A DNA stretch of 32,000 nt from Cupriavidus necator (lineage in GTDB: Bacteria; Pseudomonadota; Gammaproteobacteria; Burkholderiales; Burkholderiaceae), in NCBI RefSeq assembly GCF_016127575.1, contig NZ_CP066018.1, forward strand, positions 3,330,001 to 3,362,000, written 5' to 3'. A model generated the notes under the pieces. It ran no database searches. It was not told where the DNA came from and worked only from the letters and a program-made list of their open reading frames with translations. How positions within the stretch are numbered: position 1 is the stretch's first letter; every line of letters starts with the position of its first letter. The translations under genes were made by a program, and so were the position numbers. Shown one piece after another: positions 1 to 10,248 of the stretch.

Positions 1-2459
1 GCCGTGTGGACGGATACGCGATGCCGTGCCAGTACGCGGGCGATGGCGTACAGCAGGCCGGTGCGGTCGTTGGCGGACAGCGACAGCAGGTAATACTGGC
101 CGCGCTCGTCGGGGCGCAGGTCCACGCGCGGCTTGATCGGGAAGCTGCGCGACTGGCGCGACAGCCGCCCCTGCGTGGGTTCGGGCAGTGCGCCTTGCAG
201 GCGCAGCCGCTCGCACAGTTCGTGCTCGACCAGCGCGATGATGTCGCGGTAGCTGCCGCCGTCGCCGGCCATGCCGGGGTCGGTGACCTGGAACGTGTCC
301 AGCGCGTAGCCGTGGCGCGTGGTGTGGATCTTGGCGTCCTGGATCGAGAATGCCTTGCGCTCGAAGTAGCCGCAGATGCGCGCGAACAGGTCGGGCTGGT
401 CCTTGACGTAGACCGCCACCTGCAGGCCTTCGCCGGCGGGGGAGACGCGTGCCTTGACCACCGGCGTGGGGCTGTCCACCTTGTTGTACAGGTGGCGCGT
501 GAGCCAGGCGATATCGTGCGAATCGTGGCGCAGGAAGAAAGCCACGTCGAGCTGCGCCCACAGGGACTTGCCCAGCGCCGGGTCGAAGGCCTTCAGGCGC
601 AGCTCGGAGATGGTGTCTTCCTTGCGCTGCGACCACAGCGAATGCGAATCCACGCGCGCGCCGCCGAGCACGCGCAGCGTGATGTGGTACAGGTCTTCCA
701 GCAGCTTGCCCTTCCACGCGTTCCATACCTTGGGACTGGTGCCGCGGATGTCGGCCACGGTCAGCAGGTAGAGCGCGGTCAGGTAGCGTTCGCTGCCGAC
801 CACGCGGGCAAAGGCGTGGATCACATCGGGATCGGTCAGGTCCTGCTTCTGCGCCACGTGGCTCATGGTCAGGTGGTGCTCGACCAGCCAGCAGACCAGG
901 TCGGCGTCTTCGCGCGCAATGCCGTGCTGCTTGCAGAAGCGGCGCGCATCCACGGTGCCAAGCTTCGAGTGGTCGCCGCCGCGGCCCTTGGCGATGTCGT
1001 GGAACAGCGCTGCCACCCACAGCACCCACGGCTTGTCGAAGCTGGCCATCAGCTGGCTGCAGAACGGGAACTCGTGGGTGTGCTCGACGATGGCGAAGCG
1101 GCGCATGTTGCGCACCACCATCAGGATGTGCTGGTCCACGGTGTAGACGTGGAACAGGTCGTGCTGCATCTGGCCGACGATGCGCCGGAAGTTGATCAGG
1201 TAGCGGCCCAGCACGCTGGTCTGGTTCATCAGGCGCAGCGCGTGGGTGATGCCCTGCGGCTCCTGCATGATGGCCAGGAACAGGCGGCGGTTTTCCGGAT
1301 CGTTGCGCCAGCCCGCATTCATCACGGTGCGCGCGTTGTACAGCCCGCGCAGCGTGCGCGGCGACAGGCCTTTCACGCCGGGCGTGCGCTGGTACAGCAG
1401 GAAGGTTTCCAGGATCGCGTGCGGGTCGCGTTCATAGATGTCGTCGCTGGTGATTTCCAGCATGCCCTGGCGCTCGACAAAGCGCTCGTTGAGCACGCGC
1501 GTCACCTGAGACTCGCTCGGGAACAGCATCGCCTCGATGTTCAGCAGCAGCACGCTGTTGAGCTGCGTGACTGCCTTGGCCGCCCAGTAGTAGCGGCGCA
1601 TCAGTTGTTCGCTGGCGCGCTTGCTGGTGGTCTGGCGATAGCCGAAGGACTCCGCCAGCGCGGTCTGCAGGTCGAATACCAGCACGTCCTGGCGCCGGCC
1701 GGCCACCAGGTGCAGGCGCGCGCGGATGGTCTTGAGCAGGCGCTCGTTGCGCGCGAGCTCCTGCGCTTCGCGCTGCGTCAGCAGGCCGCGCTCGAAAAGT
1801 TCTTTCCAGCTGTCGCCCAGGCCCGCCGCCTTGGTCATCCACAGGATCACCTGCAGATCGCGCAGGCCGCCGGGGCTTTCCTTGCAGTTGGGCTCGAGCG
1901 AGTAGGGCGTGTCCTGGTACTTGGCGTGGCGCTGGCGCATTTCCAGCAGCTTGGCCTGGAAGAACGCGGCCGGGTCCAGGTCGGCGAGGTAGCGCGTACG
2001 CATCGACTCGAACAGCTTGCGGCTGCCGGTCAGCAGCCGCGCTTCCAGCAGCGAGGTCTGGATGGTGACGTCCTGGCGCGACTCGCGGATGCAATCGTCC
2101 ACGGTGCGCACCGAAGAGCCGATCTCCAGCCCGAGGTCCCAGCACAGGCCGATAAAGCGCTCCAGGCGCCCGGTGGTGTCCTGGTCTGGCTCGGCGGGCA
2201 GCAACAGCAGCACGTCGACGTCGGAGTAAGGCAGCAGCTCGCCGCGGCCATAGCCGCCCACCGCCACCAGCGCCGCGCCCGCGGGCATCCCCAGGCCGCG
2301 CCAGGCTTCCACCAGCCCGGCGTCGACGGCGCGGCGCAGCCGCGTGATCAGCGTGCCGACATTGGCGCTGATGTTGAAGTCGGCAAACAGTGCCTGCTTG
2401 TCGGCTTTGAGCTGGTCGCGCACGCGCGCGGCAAGCAGCAGTTCCGGCGTGGTGTCCAT
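1..2459 (-). CDS. glnD: [Protein-PII] uridylyltransferase/uridylyl-removing enzyme GlnD; the 3' end runs off the left edge of the window
   Basis: My minus-strand translation from ATG 2459 gives [25 protein letters not shown]... It contains the nucleotidyltransferase motif [19 protein letters not shown] and the HD-domain motif [15 protein letters not shown]. The frame stays open to position 1. The track omits it because no stop lies in the window. An in-frame GTG about 36 nt upstream is an alternative start. Confidence 0.9.
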   Translation of the reverse strand, partial: MDTTPELLLAARVRDQLKADKQALFADFNISANVGTLITRLRRAVDAGLVEAWRGLGMPAGAALVAVGGYGRGELLPYSDVDVLLLLPAEPDQDTTGRLERFIGLCWDLGLEIGSSVRTVDDCIRESRQDVTIQTSLLEARLLTGSRKLFESMRTRYLADLDPAAFFQAKLLEMRQRHAKYQDTPYSLEPNCKESPGGLRDLQVILWMTKAAGLGDSWKELFERGLLTQREAQELARNERLLKTIRARLHLVAGRRQDVLVFDLQTALAESFGYRQTTSKRASEQLMRRYYWAAKAVTQLNSVLLLNIEAMLFPSESQVTRVLNERFVERQGMLEITSDDIYERDPHAILETFLLYQRTPGVKGLSPRTLRGLYNARTVMNAGWRNDPENRRLFLAIMQEPQGITHALRLMNQTSVLGRYLINFRRIVGQMQHDLFHVYTVDQHILMVVRNMRRFAIVEHTHEFPFCSQLMASFDKPWVLWVAALFHDIAKGRGGDHSKLGTVDARRFCKQHGIAREDADLVCWLVEHHLTMSHVAQKQDLTDPDVIHAFARVVGSERYLTALYLLTVADIRGTSPKVWNAWKGKLLEDLYHITLRVLGGARVDSHSLWSQRKEDTISELRLKAFDPALGKSLWAQLDVAFFLRHDSHDIAWLTRHLYNKVDSPTPVVKARVSPAGEGLQVAVYVKDQPDLFARICGYFERKAFSIQDAKIHTTRHGYALDTFQVTDPGMAGDGGSYRDIIALVEHELCERLRLQGALPEPTQGRLSRQSRSFPIKPRVDLRPDERGQYYLLSLSANDRTGLLYAIARVLARHRVSVHT

Positions 2460-2500
2460 GGTGGTGGCGGGCTCGGCGAGCGGATTGGTGGGCACGGCTG

Positions 2501-2528
2501 GAAAAAGAAAGGCGCCCGGTCAGGCGCC
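2501..2528 (-). terminator. Putative intrinsic terminator after map
   Basis: On the minus strand a GGCGCC/GGCGCC 6-bp GC stem (2511-2516 pairing 2523-2528) is followed by TTTCTTTTT (2501-2510). It lies 19 nt after the map stop codon. Confidence 0.5.
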
Positions 2529-2546
2529 CCTGGCTTCAGTGCGACC

Positions 2547-3365
2547 TCAGGCCGCGACGGAATCGGTGATAAAGGCCGGCGGCGCCGGGCTCCCGGCCGA
2601 TACCGTGAGGACCTCGTAGCCGGTCTCCGTGACCAGCACGGTGTGCTCCCACTGCGCCGACAGGCTGCGGTCGCGGGTCTTGACCGTCCACTGGTCGGGC
2701 ATGGTGCGGATATCGCGCTTGCCGGCGTTGATCATCGGCTCAATGGTGAAGATCATGCCGGCCTTGATCTCGGCGCCGGTGCCCGGGCGGCCGTAGTGCA
2801 GGATCTGCGGGTCTTCGTGGAAGTTCTTGCCGATGCCGTGGCCGCAGTACTCGCGCACCACGCTGTAGCCGGCGGCTTCGGCGTGTATCTGGATGGCGTG
2901 GCCGATGTCGCCCAGACGGGCGCCGTGGCGAACCTGCGCGATACCCTTCCACATGCATTCATAGGTCACCTGCGACAGGCGCTTGGCCAGGATCGAGCCC
3001 TCGCCGACGATGAACATGCGGCTGTTGTCGCCGTAGTACCCTTCCTTGGTGATGACCGTGATGTCCAGGTTGATCGCGTCACCGTTCTTCAGCACGCGGT
3101 CGCCCGGAATGCCATGGCAGATCACGTCGTTGACCGAGGTGCAGATCGCGCCGGGGAAGGGCGGATAGCCGGGGGGGGCATAGTTCAGGCACGCCGACAC
3201 AGTGCCTTGCACTTCACGCATGTAGGCGTGGCACAGGCGGTCGATCTCGCCGGTGGTGATGCCTGGCTGAACGAAGGGCGTGATGTAGTCGAGGACCTCG
3301 GACCCAAGGCGGCAAGCCACGCGCATCTGGGCGATGTCTTCGGCGGTGTTCAGGTGAATGCTCAT
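2547..3365 (-). CDS. map: Type I methionine aminopeptidase
   Basis: ORF 2547..3398 reads ...MSIHLNTAEDIAQMRVACRLGSEVLDYI... and contains VCHGIPG-like (VICHGIPGD), DITVI, GHGIG and FTIEPM motifs. I chose the internal ATG at 3365 (MSIHLNT) because the 11 upstream codons look non-native. Confidence 0.93.
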   Translation of the reverse strand: MSIHLNTAEDIAQMRVACRLGSEVLDYITPFVQPGITTGEIDRLCHAYMREVQGTVSACLNYAPPGYPPFPGAICTSVNDVICHGIPGDRVLKNGDAINLDITVITKEGYYGDNSRMFIVGEGSILAKRLSQVTYECMWKGIAQVRHGARLGDIGHAIQIHAEAAGYSVVREYCGHGIGKNFHEDPQILHYGRPGTGAEIKAGMIFTIEPMINAGKRDIRTMPDQWTVKTRDRSLSAQWEHTVLVTETGYEVLTVSAGSPAPPAFITDSVAA

Positions 3366-3513
3366 GCTGCGTCGCCAAAAAAGTGATGGCGAGGCCACTG
3401 GCCGCGCCGAAATCGAAAGGTCAATGTAGGATTATCGCACCATCGGGGCCAGATCGCAGCCTGTGCGCGCCGGTGCTGGGCGGAGTCCGCAGGGCGCCAG
3501 GAAGCCGGGCGGC

Positions 3514-3543
3514 TTGAGTGGGCCGCACTTTTGTTGCTACAAT
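3514..3543 (+). promoter_or_regulatory. Candidate sigma70 promoter for rpsB-tsf
   Basis: The -35 element is TTGAGT (3514-3519). An 18-nt spacer follows, then an extended -10 TGc plus TACAAT (3535-3543). It sits about 160 nt upstream of the rpsB ATG. Confidence 0.45.
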
Positions 3544-3701
3544 AGCGGGCTGACTTGGTTGCGGCGCAGCATTGCGTGCGCCAGGCCGGTATTTTGCAGG
3601 ATTGTTCCTGCTGTCGTTTGAAATCGCTGGCCCGCCTATCCGGGGTGTTCCTTTTCAGGAATGTCGGGGCGGGCTTCAGACCTAACCCTCTGGAGTTTTA
3701 C

Positions 3702-4448
3702 ATGTCCGTTACCATGCGCGAAATGCTGGAAGCCGGTTGCCACTTCGGCCACCAGACCCGCTTCTGGAACCCGAAGATGGCCCCCTTCATCTTCGGTCAT
3801 CGCAACAAGATCCACATCATCAACCTCGAAAAGACGTTGCCGATGTTCCAGGACGCAATGAAGTACGTGCGTCAGCTGGCAGCCAATCGCGGCACCATCC
3901 TTTTCGTGGGCACCAAGCGCCAGTCGCGCGAAATCCTGGCTGAAGAAGCTGGCCGTGCCGGCATGCCCTACGTCGACGCCCGCTGGCTCGGCGGCATGCT
4001 GACCAACTTCAAGACGGTCAAGACCTCGATCAAGCGCCTGAAGGACATGGAAGCCGCCAAGGAAGCCGGCGCGCTGGAAACCATGAGCAAGAAGGAAGCG
4101 CTGATGTTCGAGCGCGAGATGCTCAAGCTGGAAAAGTCGATCGGCGGCATCAAGGACATGGGCGGCGTTCCGGACGCGATCTTCGTGGTCGACGTCGGCT
4201 ACCACAAGATTGCCGTGACCGAAGCCAACAAGCTGGGCGTGCCGGTGATCGGCGTGGTTGATACCAACCACTCGCCGGAAGGCATCGACTACGTGATCCC
4301 GGGCAACGACGACTCGAGCAAGGCCGTGGCCCTGTACGTGCGCGGCGTGGCCGACGCGATCCTGGAAGGCCGTGCCAACGCGGTGCAGGAAGTGGTTGAA
4401 GCCGCTCGCGGCGGCGACGACGAATTCGTCGAAGTGCAGGAAGGCTGA
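3702..4448 (+). CDS. rpsB: 30S ribosomal protein S2
   Basis: The product starts [50 protein letters not shown] sequence lies 6 nt upstream of ATG 3702. The track ORF begins 49 codons earlier, which I treat as an in-frame extension. Confidence 0.97.
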   Translation: MSVTMREMLEAGCHFGHQTRFWNPKMAPFIFGHRNKIHIINLEKTLPMFQDAMKYVRQLAANRGTILFVGTKRQSREILAEEAGRAGMPYVDARWLGGMLTNFKTVKTSIKRLKDMEAAKEAGALETMSKKEALMFEREMLKLEKSIGGIKDMGGVPDAIFVVDVGYHKIAVTEANKLGVPVIGVVDTNHSPEGIDYVIPGNDDSSKAVALYVRGVADAILEGRANAVQEVVEAARGGDDEFVEVQEG

Positions 4449-4597
4449 TTGCCCGCCGCCTGATTGCCGGAAAGGAACCCGCTAGCGCGCATCGTCACCG
4501 CACGACAGACAAGCAACGCTTGCCGCCCGTCATCACGGGCTGCGCGCAAGGCGAAAGCCGGGGTACGCCGGCAGCCGGGCAAGAAGGGCAATTAAAA

Positions 4598-4626
4598 GGG
4601 GGCACATCTGGCGCCCCCTTTTTTTG
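4598..4626 (+). terminator. Intrinsic terminator or attenuator between rpsB and tsf
   Basis: The stem is GGGGGC (4598-4603) paired with GCCCCC (4613-4618). It is followed by seven T (4619-4625) and preceded by AAAA. Confidence 0.6.
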
Positions 4627-4744
4627 AATTTGAATTGTTGTCATCCGCCGCAGGCAGTATCTGCCGCGGGTGTGCTGTAGACCCACCGACCGGGTGCCGC
4701 AGGCGACTGCCGGCAGCCGGCGTGAACCATTCAAGGAGTGACAA

Positions 4745-5623
4745 ATGGCGGCAATTACCGCAAGCATGGTTGCAGAACTGCGCGCGAAGACCGACGCGCC
4801 GATGATGGAGTGCAAGAAGGCCCTGACCGAGGCCGACGGCGACCTGGACAAGGCCGAAGAGCTGCTGCGCGTCAAGCTGGGCAACAAGGCCAGCAAGGCC
4901 GCCTCGCGCGTGACTGCCGAAGGCGTGGTCGCATCGTTCATCGACGGCACCACCGGCGTGCTGGTCGAACTGAACTGCGAGACCGATTTCGTCTCCAAGA
5001 ATGACGACTTCCTCGCGTTCTCGGCCAAGGTCGCCGAACTGATCGCCAAGCAGAACCCGGCCGACGTGGCCGCCCTGTCGGCGCTGGAAATCGACGGCGT
5101 GAGCGTTGAAGCCACCCGCACGGCCCTGATCGGCAAGATCGGCGAGAACCTGACGATCCGCCGCTTTGCCCGCTACGCCAACGGCGGCAAGCTGGTTTCG
5201 TACCTGCACGGCACCCGCATCGGCGTGATGGTCGAGTTCGATGGCGACGAAGCCGCCGCCAAGGACGTGGCCATGCACGTGGCCGCCATGAAGCCGGTGT
5301 CGCTGTCGGCCGAGCAGGTCCCCGCCGACCTGATCGCCAAGGAGCGCAGCATTGCCGAGCAGAAGGCTGCCGAGTCGGGCAAGCCGGCCGAGATCGTCGC
5401 CAAGATGGTCGAGGGTTCGGTGCAGAAGTACCTGAAGGAAGTCTCGCTGTTCAACCAGCCGTTCGTGAAGAACGACAAGCAGACGGTTGAGCAGATGCTG
5501 AAGGCCGCCAACACGACCGTGAAGGGCTTCACCCTGTTCGTGGTGGGCGAAGGCATCGAGAAGAAGCAGGACGACTTTGCCGCTGAAGTGGCCGCCCAGG
5601 TGGCCGCTGCCCAGAAGGGCTGA
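4745..5623 (+). CDS. tsf: Elongation factor Ts
   Basis: The product starts [42 protein letters not shown], the UBA-like N-terminus typical of EF-Ts. AAGGAG lies 7 nt upstream. Confidence 0.97.
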   Translation: MAAITASMVAELRAKTDAPMMECKKALTEADGDLDKAEELLRVKLGNKASKAASRVTAEGVVASFIDGTTGVLVELNCETDFVSKNDDFLAFSAKVAELIAKQNPADVAALSALEIDGVSVEATRTALIGKIGENLTIRRFARYANGGKLVSYLHGTRIGVMVEFDGDEAAAKDVAMHVAAMKPVSLSAEQVPADLIAKERSIAEQKAAESGKPAEIVAKMVEGSVQKYLKEVSLFNQPFVKNDKQTVEQMLKAANTTVKGFTLFVVGEGIEKKQDDFAAEVAAQVAAAQKG

Positions 5624-5894
5624 TGTCCGGGGCGCCGCGGACTGCCCGTTCGGGCTGGTCCGGGCGCCTATAATGCCGCAGGGGCGCCGTAAGGTGCCCC
5701 TCTGCATAAGTAGTGCGGCGCGGCGCAGGCCGCGTTGCACCGCAGCAGCCAGTTTCCGTGGTGGTCCGGCAGTCCGGGGCACCCCGAAAACCGGCTTTCT
5801 TCCGCCGGCGCCACGAGGATCCGTGCCGCCTGTGCCAAAACATACGTCTCAAGATCGTCTCAACCGAGCGATTTGCTCCTGTCCGAGGGTGAAC

Positions 5895-6605
5895 ATGCCA
5901 GCCTACAAGCGCGTCCTTCTGAAACTGTCCGGTGAAGCCCTGATGGGCGACGATGCCTTCGGCATCAACCGCTCCACCATCGAGGCGATGGTGAACGACA
6001 TTGCCGAGATCGTGAAGCTCGGTGTGCAGGTCGCGGTGGTCATCGGCGGCGGCAACATCTTCCGCGGCGTCGCCGGCGGCGCCGCCGGCATGGACCGCGC
6101 CACCGCGGACTACATGGGCATGCTGGCCACCATGATGAACGCACTGGCGCTGCAGGACGCGATGCGCCACGCCAATATCGAGGGCCGCGTGCAGTCCGCG
6201 CTGCGCATGGACCAGGTGGTCGAGCCCTATATCCGCCCGCGCGCGATCCGCCAGCTGGAAGAGGGCAAGGTGGTGATCTTCGCCGCCGGCACCGGCAACC
6301 CGTTCTTCACCACCGACACCGCCGCCGCGCTGCGCGGCTCGGAAATCGGTGCCGAGGTCGTGCTCAAGGCGACCAAGGTGGACGGCGTGTACACCGCCGA
6401 TCCCAAGAAGGACCCGAGCGCGACGCGCTACACCACCATCAGCTTCGACGAGGCCATCTCGCGCAATCTGCAAGTGATGGACGCCACCGCCTTCGCCCTG
6501 TGCCGCGACCAGAAGCTGCCGATCAGGGTGTTCTCGATCGTCAAGCCGGGCGCGCTCAAGCGCATCATCCTGGGCGAGGACGAAGGTACGCTGGTGCACG
6601 TCTGA
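5895..6605 (+). CDS. pyrH: UMP kinase
   Basis: The product starts [25 protein letters not shown] and contains [10 protein letters not shown] and [20 protein letters not shown] lies upstream of ATG 5895. The 106 upstream in-frame codons are Arg/Pro-rich and look non-coding. Confidence 0.95.
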   Translation: MPAYKRVLLKLSGEALMGDDAFGINRSTIEAMVNDIAEIVKLGVQVAVVIGGGNIFRGVAGGAAGMDRATADYMGMLATMMNALALQDAMRHANIEGRVQSALRMDQVVEPYIRPRAIRQLEEGKVVIFAAGTGNPFFTTDTAAALRGSEIGAEVVLKATKVDGVYTADPKKDPSATRYTTISFDEAISRNLQVMDATAFALCRDQKLPIRVFSIVKPGALKRIILGEDEGTLVHV

Positions 6606-6629
6606 GGCAGGGCGCCAGACGCCGGGCTG

Positions 6630-6658
6630 CTGGCATCCGGCCGGGCAAAGGGTAGAAT
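6630..6658 (+). promoter_or_regulatory. Candidate sigma70 promoter for frr
   Basis: The -35 element is CTGGCA (6630-6635). A 17-nt spacer follows, then TAGAAT (6653-6658). A 7-bp hairpin GATCCCC/GGGGATC (6670-6688) follows in the leader. Confidence 0.3.
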
Positions 6659-6715
6659 GATTCATTTTCGATCCCCGCCAGGGGGATCATGGTTGGCTGA
6701 TTTCCGGAGGTAAAA

Positions 6716-7276
6716 ATGAGCGTCGCCGACACAAAGAAGAGCGTCGAGCAGAAAATGCAGAAGTCGATCGAAGCCTTCAAGGCCGATCTGGCGAAGATCC
6801 GCACTGGCCGTGCCCACACCGGCCTGCTTGACCACGTTCAGGTGGACTACTACGGCTCGATGGTTCCCATCAGCCAGGTCGCGGCAGTCGGCCTGGCCGA
6901 TGCGCGTACCATCACGGTGCAGCCCTGGGAAAAGAAGATGGTGGGCGCGGTCGAGAAGGCCATCCGCGACTGCGACCTGGGCCTGAACCCGGCCACCATG
7001 GGTGAAGTGATCCGCGTGCCGATGCCCGCACTGACCGAAGAGCGCCGCAAGGAGCTGACCAAGGTCGTCAAGGGCGAGGCCGAGGGCGCCAAGGTTGCCG
7101 TGCGCAACCTGCGCCGCGATGCCAACGAGCAGTTCAAGAAGCTGGTCAAGGACAAGACCATCTCCGAGGACGACGAGCGCCGCGGCCAGGACGAAGTGCA
7201 GAAGCTGACCGACAAGTACGTGGCCGAGATCGACAAGATGGTCGCCGAGAAAGAGAAGGAGATCATGACGGTCTGA
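6716..7276 (+). CDS. frr: Ribosome recycling factor
   Basis: The product starts [52 protein letters not shown] lies 7 nt upstream. Confidence 0.97.
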   Translation: MSVADTKKSVEQKMQKSIEAFKADLAKIRTGRAHTGLLDHVQVDYYGSMVPISQVAAVGLADARTITVQPWEKKMVGAVEKAIRDCDLGLNPATMGEVIRVPMPALTEERRKELTKVVKGEAEGAKVAVRNLRRDANEQFKKLVKDKTISEDDERRGQDEVQKLTDKYVAEIDKMVAEKEKEIMTV

Positions 7277-7320
7277 CCCCGTCCCGGCATGGCCGGGGCA
7301 GTCAACGACCGTCTGCCATC

Positions 7321-8091
7321 ATGCAGCACATCAGTTCAACGCTCGACGTACCCGATACCTCCTACGTCCCCCGTCACGTTGCCATCATCATGGACGGCAA
7401 CGGCCGCTGGGCGACCCAGCGGCACCTGCCGCGCGTTGCCGGGCACACCCGGGGGCTGGACGCGGTGCGCGCGGTGGTGGAAGCCAGCGCCGCCCGCGGC
7501 GTGCAGTTCCTGACGCTGTTCGCCTTCAGTTCCGAGAACTGGCGGCGCCCGGCGGACGAGGTCTCGTTCCTGATGCGGCTGTTCATGATGGCCCTGCGGC
7601 GCGAAGTGGTGAAGATGCACGCCAACAACATCCGGCTGCGGGTGGTGGGCGACCTGGCCCGCTTCAGCCCCCGCATCCAGCAGCTGATCCGCGATGCCGA
7701 GGCGCGCACGGCCGGCAACACCGGCCTGACCGTGACCATCGCCGCCAACTACGGCGGCCGCTGGGACCTGCTGCAGGCCATGCGCAAGATGCTGGCGCGC
7801 TCGCCCATGCTCGACCCGGCCTCGATCGACGAATCGGTGCTGGCGCCGCACCTGGCGATGGCCTATGCGCCGGAGCCGGATCTGTTCATCCGCACCGGCG
7901 GCGAACAGCGCATCAGCAACTTCCTGCTGTGGCAGCTGGCGTATTCCGAGTTGTATTTCACGGACGTTTTCTGGCCGGATTTCGACGCAGCGGAACTGGA
8001 CAAGGCCTTCGCCTCGTACCGCCAGCGCGAACGCCGTTTCGGCCGCACCAGCGCACAGCTGGTTGCCCCGGGACTATCGGGTACGGCCTGA
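7321..8091 (+). CDS. uppS: Di-trans,poly-cis-undecaprenyl-diphosphate synthase
   Basis: It carries the motifs [26 protein letters not shown] and [23 protein letters not shown]. Confidence 0.93.
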   Translation: MQHISSTLDVPDTSYVPRHVAIIMDGNGRWATQRHLPRVAGHTRGLDAVRAVVEASAARGVQFLTLFAFSSENWRRPADEVSFLMRLFMMALRREVVKMHANNIRLRVVGDLARFSPRIQQLIRDAEARTAGNTGLTVTIAANYGGRWDLLQAMRKMLARSPMLDPASIDESVLAPHLAMAYAPEPDLFIRTGGEQRISNFLLWQLAYSELYFTDVFWPDFDAAELDKAFASYRQRERRFGRTSAQLVAPGLSGTA

Positions 8092-8127
8092 GCCTGGCTA
8101 CTCCAACCTCTCACGGGACTGCAGCGC

Positions 8128-8949
8128 ATGCTCCTCACCCGCGTCATCACCGCCCTGTGCCTGTTGCTGCTGATCCTGCCAATCCTGTTCCTGGCACCGC
8201 CCGCGGCTCTGGCCGGGCTGGTGGCCGTGATCGTGCTGCTGGCCGGCTGGGAATTCGGCCGCCTGATCGGGCTGCGCGGGCCGTGGCCCTATGTCTATGC
8301 GCTGGCATGCCTGATCGCGGCCATTGCCTGGCATGACCTGCCGCTGCGCCACGCCACCACCTGGCTGCTCGAAGCCGCGGTAGTGTGCTGGGGCATCGCA
8401 GTGGTGCTGCTGGCGCGCGGCGTGCGGTCCGCGACGCCGTCGTTCACCGCCCTGGGCGCGGTGCTGGGGCTGGTGATGCTGCCCGCCTTCGCCCATGCCA
8501 CCATGATCCTGCGCGGCGCCGGCATCGGCGTGCTGCTGACCGCGGCCGTGCTGGTGTGGGCGGCCGATATCGGCGCGTATTTCACCGGCAAGGCCATCGG
8601 CCGGCGCAAGCTTGCGCCTGGCATCAGCCCGGGCAAGTCCTGGGAAGGCGCCATCGGCGGCTGGCTGCTGGCGCTGGTGATCGGCCTGGCGCTCGCCGCC
8701 AGCCATGCCTTTGCACCGACCTGGTTCTCCGCGATGGGCGACCGCGGCGGGCTGGCCTACGTGGCGGTGCTGACCACGCTGCTGGTCGCCGCGAGCGTGG
8801 TCGGCGACCTGTTCGAATCGCTGCTCAAGCGCCAGGTCGGCAAGAAGGACAGCAGCCGGCTGCTGCCCGGCCATGGCGGCGTGCTGGACCGCATCGACGC
8901 CTTGCTGCCAGTGTTCCCGCTGGCGGCCCTGATGCTGATTTTTCTCTGA
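8128..8949 (+). CDS. cdsA: Phosphatidate cytidylyltransferase (CDP-diglyceride synthase)
   Basis: It is a polytopic membrane protein with the C-terminal signature [29 protein letters not shown]. Confidence 0.9.
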   Translation: MLLTRVITALCLLLLILPILFLAPPAALAGLVAVIVLLAGWEFGRLIGLRGPWPYVYALACLIAAIAWHDLPLRHATTWLLEAAVVCWGIAVVLLARGVRSATPSFTALGAVLGLVMLPAFAHATMILRGAGIGVLLTAAVLVWAADIGAYFTGKAIGRRKLAPGISPGKSWEGAIGGWLLALVIGLALAASHAFAPTWFSAMGDRGGLAYVAVLTTLLVAASVVGDLFESLLKRQVGKKDSSRLLPGHGGVLDRIDALLPVFPLAALMLIFL

Positions 8950-8960
8950 AGCCGTCTGCT

Positions 8961-10142
8961 ATGCATCGCATTACCATCCTGGGCGCCACCGGCTCCATTG
9001 GCGAAAGCACGCTCGACGTCGTCAGGCGCCATGCCGACCGCTATGTGGTGCATGCGCTGACCGCCCACCGGCAGGTGCGCAAGCTGGCTGACCAGTGCGT
9101 TGAATTCCGCCCGGCCCGCGCCGTGGTGGGGACCGCCGAGGCAGCGCTCGAACTGGAAACCCTGCTGCGCGATGCCGGCGTGAAGACCGAGGTCAGCCAC
9201 GGCGAAGCCGCGCTGGAATCCGTGGCCGCCGATGCGCAGACCGATTCGGTGATGGCCGCCATCGTCGGCGCCGCCGGCCTGCGCCCGACGCTGGCGGCAG
9301 CACGTGCCGGCAAGCGCGTGCTGCTGGCCAACAAGGAAGCGCTGGTGATGTCCGGGCGCATCTTCATGGATGCGGTGCGCGAGCACGGCGCCACCTTGCT
9401 GCCGATCGACAGCGAGCACAACGCCATCTTCCAGTGCCTGCCGGCCGACGATCCGCGCTACGGCCGGGGCGTTGCCAGGGTGCTGCTGACCGCGTCGGGC
9501 GGGCCGTTCCGCACGCGCGACCCGGCCACGCTGCACGATATCTCCCCCGACCAGGCCTGCGCCCATCCCAACTGGGTCATGGGCCGCAAGATCTCGGTCG
9601 ATTCCGCCACCATGATGAACAAGGGCCTCGAAGTCATCGAGGCGCACTGGCTGTTCGGCGCCCCCGCCGAGCGCATCGAGGTACTGATCCATCCGCAGAG
9701 CATCGTGCATTCGATGGTGGCCTACACCGACGGCTCGGTGCTGGCGCAACTGGGCAACCCGGACATGCGCACGCCGATCGCCTATGGCCTGGCGTATCCG
9801 GAGCGGATCGATGCGGGGGTCACGCCGCTGGACCTGACCGTGGCTGGGGGCTTGCATTTCGAGAAGCCGGACCTGGTGCGCTTCCCGTGCCTGGGCCTGG
9901 CCTTCGATGCACTGCGCGCCGGCGGTGTGGCGCCGGCGGCCCTCAATGCAGCCAACGAGGTGGCGGTCGAGGCATTCCTGGGCGGTACAGTGCGCTTCAC
10001 GGACATTGCCGGTATCGTCCGGCAGGTGCTTGAGGCGACACCCCAGGGGCCTGCCGATACGCTCGAAGCGGTGCTGTCAGCCGACGCGCTGGCGCGCGAG
10101 GCGGCACGCGAGGGCGTGGCCGCCCTGGCTGCAAAGCGCTGA
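8961..10142 (+). CDS. dxr: 1-deoxy-D-xylulose 5-phosphate reductoisomerase
   Basis: The product starts [21 protein letters not shown] and contains [18 protein letters not shown] and [13 protein letters not shown]. The track ORF begins 192 codons upstream inside cdsA, which I treat as an extension artefact. Confidence 0.95.
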   Translation: MHRITILGATGSIGESTLDVVRRHADRYVVHALTAHRQVRKLADQCVEFRPARAVVGTAEAALELETLLRDAGVKTEVSHGEAALESVAADAQTDSVMAAIVGAAGLRPTLAAARAGKRVLLANKEALVMSGRIFMDAVREHGATLLPIDSEHNAIFQCLPADDPRYGRGVARVLLTASGGPFRTRDPATLHDISPDQACAHPNWVMGRKISVDSATMMNKGLEVIEAHWLFGAPAERIEVLIHPQSIVHSMVAYTDGSVLAQLGNPDMRTPIAYGLAYPERIDAGVTPLDLTVAGGLHFEKPDLVRFPCLGLAFDALRAGGVAPAALNAANEVAVEAFLGGTVRFTDIAGIVRQVLEATPQGPADTLEAVLSADALAREAAREGVAALAAKR

Positions 10143-10248
10143 TCCGGTGGGGCGGCTTGCCGCATCTGCGACAATAGCGGCTGCGGCGGCCCCGGATCCC
10201 CGGGGCCCGGCGCGCCAGTCCTGCCATCGTTACCGACGTCCCGACTCC

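Noticed and set aside
6-3386. A 1126-aa plus-strand ORF, the longest in the track, spanning the whole glnD-map region.
   Set aside because: It is an antisense shadow ORF. It is in exact codon register with both glnD (codon 2457-2459) and map (codon 3363-3365) on the opposite strand. A stop in that register needs TTA, CTA or TCA codons in the sense genes, and those are rare in this high-GC genome. The product is low-complexity and rich in Ala, Arg, Gly, Val, His and Gln. The minus-strand products carry clear GlnD and MetAP motifs.
8385-8960. Long in-frame N-terminal extensions in the ORF track. Examples are dxr +192 codons, rseP +114, pyrH +106, SPFH +107, the methyltransferase +67, DUF4124 +64, rpsB +49 and ppsR +47.
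   Set aside because: The extensions overlap the upstream gene or run through intergenic DNA. They encode Arg/Pro-rich junk and lack an SD sequence. The conserved N-termini with an SD lie at the internal starts I used.
10141-10248. A possible sigma70 promoter and an 8-bp hairpin GGCCCCGG-atcc-CCGGGGCC (10188-10207) upstream of rseP.
   Set aside because: The GACAAT hexamer has no acceptable -35 at 16-18 nt spacing, and the hairpin has no T-run. I kept it only as one instance of the recurrent AATAGCGG motif and did not annotate it as a promoter or terminator.
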